From: Chryseobacterium gleum
GTDB lineage: Bacteria > Bacteroidota > Bacteroidia > Flavobacteriales_F > PHOS-HE28
NCBI GenBank assembly: GCA_945872795.1
Contig: CAMCAZ010000006.1
Location: 13,403 to 77,402, forward strand
Direction of reading: 5' to 3'
DNA: 64,000 nucleotides
In this document: positions 60,388-64,000 of the stretch, in pieces
How positions within the stretch are numbered: position 1 is the first letter of the stretch
Layout of the letters: each line of letters starts with the position of its first letter
Translations under genes and position numbers: made by a program
Notes under the pieces: generated by a model
Database searches by the model: none
What the model was told of the DNA's origin: nothing
What the model saw: the letters and a program-made list of their open reading frames with translations, nothing else

Positions 60388-61122
60388 TCACATGCCGAGC
60401 GCCATGAACCCACCATCGGCCACGATGCACTGGCCGGTGATGAAGCTGCTTTTGTCCATGGCCAGGAAGGCGATGGCGGCCGCGATCTCCTGCGGTGTTC
60501 CCACCCGCGCCATCGGTGTACGGGACAGGATCTTCGCCATGCGCTCGGGTTGCGAGAGCACGGGTTCGGTGAGCGGTGTGCGGATGTACCACGGCGCCAC
60601 CGCATTCACGCGGATGTGGTGAGGGGCCCATTCCACCGCCAGGCTGCGCGTGAACTGGAGCAGGGCCGCTTTGCTCAGCGCGTAGGTGGCGCCGGAACCC
60701 ACGTCCACGAAGCCGGCGACGGACGCCACGTTGACCACCGCCGCATGCCTGCCGTGCTGAAGTAGTGGAAACAGGCGTTTGGTGAGGTCCATGGGCCCGA
60801 GCGCATTGGTGTTCAGTACGGTCTCCCGTTCGTCCTCCGAGATCTCCAGCCAGGACTTGCGGATGTTCATGCCGGCGTTGTTCACCAGGATGTCCAGCCC
60901 TCTCCACTGTGCCTGGATCTCCTGCGCGATCCGTTCGCGGTCGCTGGCCAGGCCGATATCGCCCTGCAGGCAGAGCACATCGCTGCGCTGATCCGCCACG
61001 CGCGAGACCACGCCGACTTCAGCACCCAGGGAAAGGAACTCGTTGGCGGTGGCGAGGCCGATCCCCCGCGTGCCACCGGTGATCAGGGCGCGTTTGCCCT
61101 TCAGGTCCCAGGAGGTGTTCAT
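60388..61122 (-). CDS. SDR family oxidoreductase
   Basis: Trimmed to MNTSWDLKGKRALITGGTRGIG; catalytic YALSK. ATGA overlap with the upstream symporter stop. Confidence 0.88.
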   Translation of the reverse strand: MNTSWDLKGKRALITGGTRGIGLATANEFLSLGAEVGVVSRVADQRSDVLCLQGDIGLASDRERIAQEIQAQWRGLDILVNNAGMNIRKSWLEISEDERETVLNTNALGPMDLTKRLFPLLQHGRHAAVVNVASVAGFVDVGSGATYALSKAALLQFTRSLAVEWAPHHIRVNAVAPWYIRTPLTEPVLSQPERMAKILSRTPMARVGTPQEIAAAIAFLAMDKSSFITGQCIVADGGFMALGM

Positions 61123-62861
61123 ATGCTTGGTACGGGTCGTGGGGGAAGCACGGCCTGGATGATCAGGGCCAGCACCACCACGATAGCCGGGGCGATGAGG
61201 TTGTACCAAAGGAAGGCGAGTTCGATGCTCGAGAAATGGATGAACAGGATGGCCGCCTGGGAGATGAGCGCTGCGATGAACACGGCCGTGCCCTGCACCC
61301 GTTTCAGGAAGAAGGCCACCAGGAAGATCCCGAGGATGGTTCCGTAGAACAGCGAGCCCAGGATGTTCACCGCCTGGATCAGGTTCTCGAAGAGCGAGAA
61401 GATCGCCGCGAAGCCCAGTGCCAGCAGCCCGAAGAGCACCGTGGCCCACTTCGTCGCCAGTACCTGCTGCACATCGGTCCGTTCCTTCCGCACCACGTCC
61501 ACCACGCTGGTGGTGGCCAGCGCGCTCAGCTCCGCGCTGGTGCTGCTCATGCCCGCACTGAAGATCATCGCCAGCAACAGCCCGATGATCCCGATGGGCA
61601 TGTGGTCCATGATGAAGGTGATGAAGATGTAGTCCTTGTCGTTGGCTTCGCGTTCGGGCAGGGTGGCCTTGATCTGGGCGCGGTATCCTTCGCGGAGCTT
61701 TGTATCCTCGGCAAGGGCGGTGGTCAGTTGTTGGTCGTCCGTGGGCTGGCCAGCGCGGTGAGCGGTCACCCAGGCATTGGCAGCGGTGGTGATGGTGGCA
61801 GCGTTGGCCGTGTGATCTGCTTGCACATCCATGGGTCGACCCGGAGGGTCGAAGGTTCCGGAGGATGGACGGAAGTCGACATTTCCATTATCTGATCGTA
61901 TGATCATCTGATCATCTGATCGCATCGCCTCCACGTTCGCACTGTTCCAATGCACCGGCGCCTGATTGAACAGGTAGAACACGAACACCAGCACACCCGT
62001 CAGCAGGATGAAGAACTGCATGGGGATCTTCAGCAGCGCGTTCATCCACAGCCCGCGTTTGGCCTGCTCCACATCCTTGCCGCTGAGGTAACGTTGCACC
62101 TGGCTCTGGTCCGTGCCGAAGTAGGCCAGCTGCAGGAAGAAGCCGCCGAGCAGTCCGCTCCACAGCGTGTACTTGTTGCCGGGGTCGAAGCTGGTGTTGA
62201 TCACTTCGGTCTTGCCCAAGGCACCGGCCAGTTGCAGACTTTCCACGAAGCCGATGTGTTCGCGCAGGTACCACACCACCAGCCCGAAGGCCACGAAGAG
62301 CCCGCCGAACATCACGGCCATCTGTTGCTTGTGCGTCACGCCCACGGCCTTGGCACCGCCGGTGGTGGTGTAGATGATCACCAGCGTACCGATGAAGACG
62401 CAGGTCCACGAGAGCGGCCAGTGCAGCACCTTGCTGAGTATGATGCTCGGTGCGTAGATGGTGATGCCGGCCGCGAGTCCGCGCTGGATCAGGAAGAGCC
62501 CGGCCGTGAGGAGGCGCGTCCGACCATCGAAGCGCTTGCCGATGAATTCATAGGCCGTGTACACGTTCCACTTGTAGTAGAGCGGGATGAACACGCGGTT
62601 GATCACCAGGATGGCCAGCGGCAGACCGAAGTAGAACTGCACGAAGCCTAATCCGTCCAGGTAGCCCTGACCCGGAGTGCTGAGGAAGGTGATGGCACTG
62701 GCCTGCGTGGCCATCACGCTGAGCCCCACGGCCCACCAGCGGTCGTTGTGCCCGCCCCGCAGGAAATCCTCGCTGCTGTTGTCCTTGCGCGTTTTCCACA
62801 CGCCATAGCCCACGATGAAGCCCAGCGTGCCGAGGAGGATGGACCAATCGAGCCAATGCAT
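61119..62861 (-). CDS. sodium:solute symporter family transporter with a ~105-aa hydrophilic insert
   Basis: 580 aa, SSF-type N-terminus (WWAVGLSVMATQASAITFLSTPG), 13 or more hydrophobic helices. Confidence 0.88.
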   Translation of the reverse strand: MHWLDWSILLGTLGFIVGYGVWKTRKDNSSEDFLRGGHNDRWWAVGLSVMATQASAITFLSTPGQGYLDGLGFVQFYFGLPLAILVINRVFIPLYYKWNVYTAYEFIGKRFDGRTRLLTAGLFLIQRGLAAGITIYAPSIILSKVLHWPLSWTCVFIGTLVIIYTTTGGAKAVGVTHKQQMAVMFGGLFVAFGLVVWYLREHIGFVESLQLAGALGKTEVINTSFDPGNKYTLWSGLLGGFFLQLAYFGTDQSQVQRYLSGKDVEQAKRGLWMNALLKIPMQFFILLTGVLVFVFYLFNQAPVHWNSANVEAMRSDDQMIIRSDNGNVDFRPSSGTFDPPGRPMDVQADHTANAATITTAANAWVTAHRAGQPTDDQQLTTALAEDTKLREGYRAQIKATLPEREANDKDYIFITFIMDHMPIGIIGLLLAMIFSAGMSSTSAELSALATTSVVDVVRKERTDVQQVLATKWATVLFGLLALGFAAIFSLFENLIQAVNILGSLFYGTILGIFLVAFFLKRVQGTAVFIAALISQAAILFIHFSSIELAFLWYNLIAPAIVVVLALIIQAVLPPRPVPSI

Positions 62862-62901
62862 CGATCAGAATATCAGATGATCAGAAATTGGAACGACGCC
62901 T

Positions 62902-62940
62902 CGCTACAGGGCACCTGTAGCGTCGACCCACTGGGTCGAC
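62902..62940 (-). repeat. REP-like element, copy B (two adjacent hairpins)
   Basis: Minus strand gtcgacccagtgggtcgacgctacaggtgccctgtagcg. Stems are gtcgaccc/gggtcgac and cgctacag/ctgtagcg. Confidence 0.65.
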
Positions 62941-62970
62941 CATTACACTTTTGCAGAGGCTGACAGATCC

Positions 62971-64000
62971 TCATCCCTTTAACCCTTCCATCGCCCGCCG
63001 CAATCCATCGATCACCGCAGGCACGTCCGCCATCTTCGTGGTGCCCACCGATACGCGGAACCAATCGCTGTCATTGGAGGTGCCGAAGGCCAGGAAGGGC
63101 ACCAGACCCACACCGGCCTTTTCGATCAGGTAGTAGGTCACGTCCGAGGCGTTGTCCAACACCTTGCCATCGGCCGTCGTTCTGCCGACGATCCCCACAC
63201 GCACGGTGAGGTACATGGCGCCCTGTGCGGGCAACGCATCCACCGGGAAGCCTTCGCGCTTCAGTTGCATGAAGCCATCGTAGTAGGCCTTCACGCGCTC
63301 GTCGATCATCGTGCAGTGCCGATTCACTGCGCTCTCGAAGGCGGCCGTGTCATCCAGGAAACGGGCGGTGGCCGCCTGCTCCGGTTTCGGTGCCCAGGCC
63401 CCCACGTGGCCCAGGATCGCCGCCATCTTCTTCATCACCAGCGTAGGACCGAAGGCCCAACCCACACGCACCCCGGTGGCCGCAAGGGATTTGGAGATGC
63501 CGTCGATGTAGATGGTATAGGGCCGCATGGCTGGGCGGATCGAAACGGGATCCACATGCACGGTATCGCCCAACACCAGTTCCTGATAGATCTGGTCGTA
63601 CATCACATACAGCGGTTTCTCGCCGTTGCGACGCGCGTTCTCCTCCAGCACCAGGTCGCAGATGGCCTCCAGCTGCTCCCGCGTGAAGGACGTTCCGGTC
63701 GGGTTCAAGGGCGAGCACAATGCCAGCAAGGAGGCGCCTTCCAAATGGCCGCGCAGGTCATCCGCGGTCGGCAGGAAACGGTTCTCCGGCGAGGCCTGCA
63801 CCTCCACCTTTTCAGCGCTGTGCAGGTAGGCGTAGTGGTTGTTGTTCCATGAGGGCACGGGGTACACCACCTTGTCGCCTGGATCCACGAGCGCCTTGAA
63901 CGTGGCGTAGATCAAGGGACGTGCGCCTCCGGCGATCAGTACCTCGTCCGGGCTATAGGCCAGTCCTTGGCCGCGTAGGATGTAAGTGCTCACCGCCTTG
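62971..64000 (-). CDS. class I/II pyridoxal-phosphate-dependent aminotransferase (5' end beyond the window)
   Basis: SKSLAATGVRVGW (PLP lysine), NPTG motif. The reading frame stays open to the window edge. Confidence 0.85.
   Translation of the reverse strand, partial: KAVSTYILRGQGLAYSPDEVLIAGGARPLIYATFKALVDPGDKVVYPVPSWNNNHYAYLHSAEKVEVQASPENRFLPTADDLRGHLEGASLLALCSPLNPTGTSFTREQLEAICDLVLEENARRNGEKPLYVMYDQIYQELVLGDTVHVDPVSIRPAMRPYTIYIDGISKSLAATGVRVGWAFGPTLVMKKMAAILGHVGAWAPKPEQAATARFLDDTAAFESAVNRHCTMIDERVKAYYDGFMQLKREGFPVDALPAQGAMYLTVRVGIVGRTTADGKVLDNASDVTYYLIEKAGVGLVPFLAFGTSNDSDWFRVSVGTTKMADVPAVIDGLRRAMEGLKG

Overview
GC-rich chromosomal segment that I infer to be from a Bacteroidota genome. The inference rests on repeated TAnnTTTG -7 promoter boxes, many proteins with T9SS-type C-terminal sorting domains, a PorV-like barrel, a Bacteroidota-type GGGP synthase, DUF3127 and DUF2911 proteins, and a ClpP with an N-terminal extension. 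Most of the window is housekeeping: fabD, folE plus a PTPS-family gene, hldD, alaS, atpDC, ribF, ahcY, greA, ruvC, tRNA-Leu, and tig-clpP-clpX. Interspersed are envelope and transport genes: three TonB-dependent-type barrels (one behind a TPP riboswitch), an ABC-2 exporter, PnuC, an SSS symporter, and four or five T9SS-type cargo proteins. There is also a monocyclic-carotenoid end-group module. No CRISPR array, IS element, integrase or rRNA was seen. Main observations: (1) a tightly coupled 8.9-kb operon encoding a giant plug-and-barrel protein, a 1363-aa protein with no assignable domains but a T9SS/FlgD-Ig-like C-terminal domain, and a PorV-like barrel. (2) A 25-bp direct repeat that duplicates the alaS 3' end and brackets 1.57 kb carrying a start-less RadC/JAB gene and a secreted DRGH nuclease. 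(3) A perfect 46-bp palindrome that fills a divergent intergenic region and carries mirrored -7 boxes next to both start codons. (4) A small family of REP-like GTCGACCC palindromic elements, one with a nested palindrome and one degenerate copy inside a coding loop. (5) A DUF3127 protein ending in an SSB-like acidic DDDDLPF tip. All calls come from reading motifs in the supplied ORF translations and the nucleotide sequence; no database search was run. Start codons are inferred. Many long antisense ORFs are treated as high-GC artefacts.
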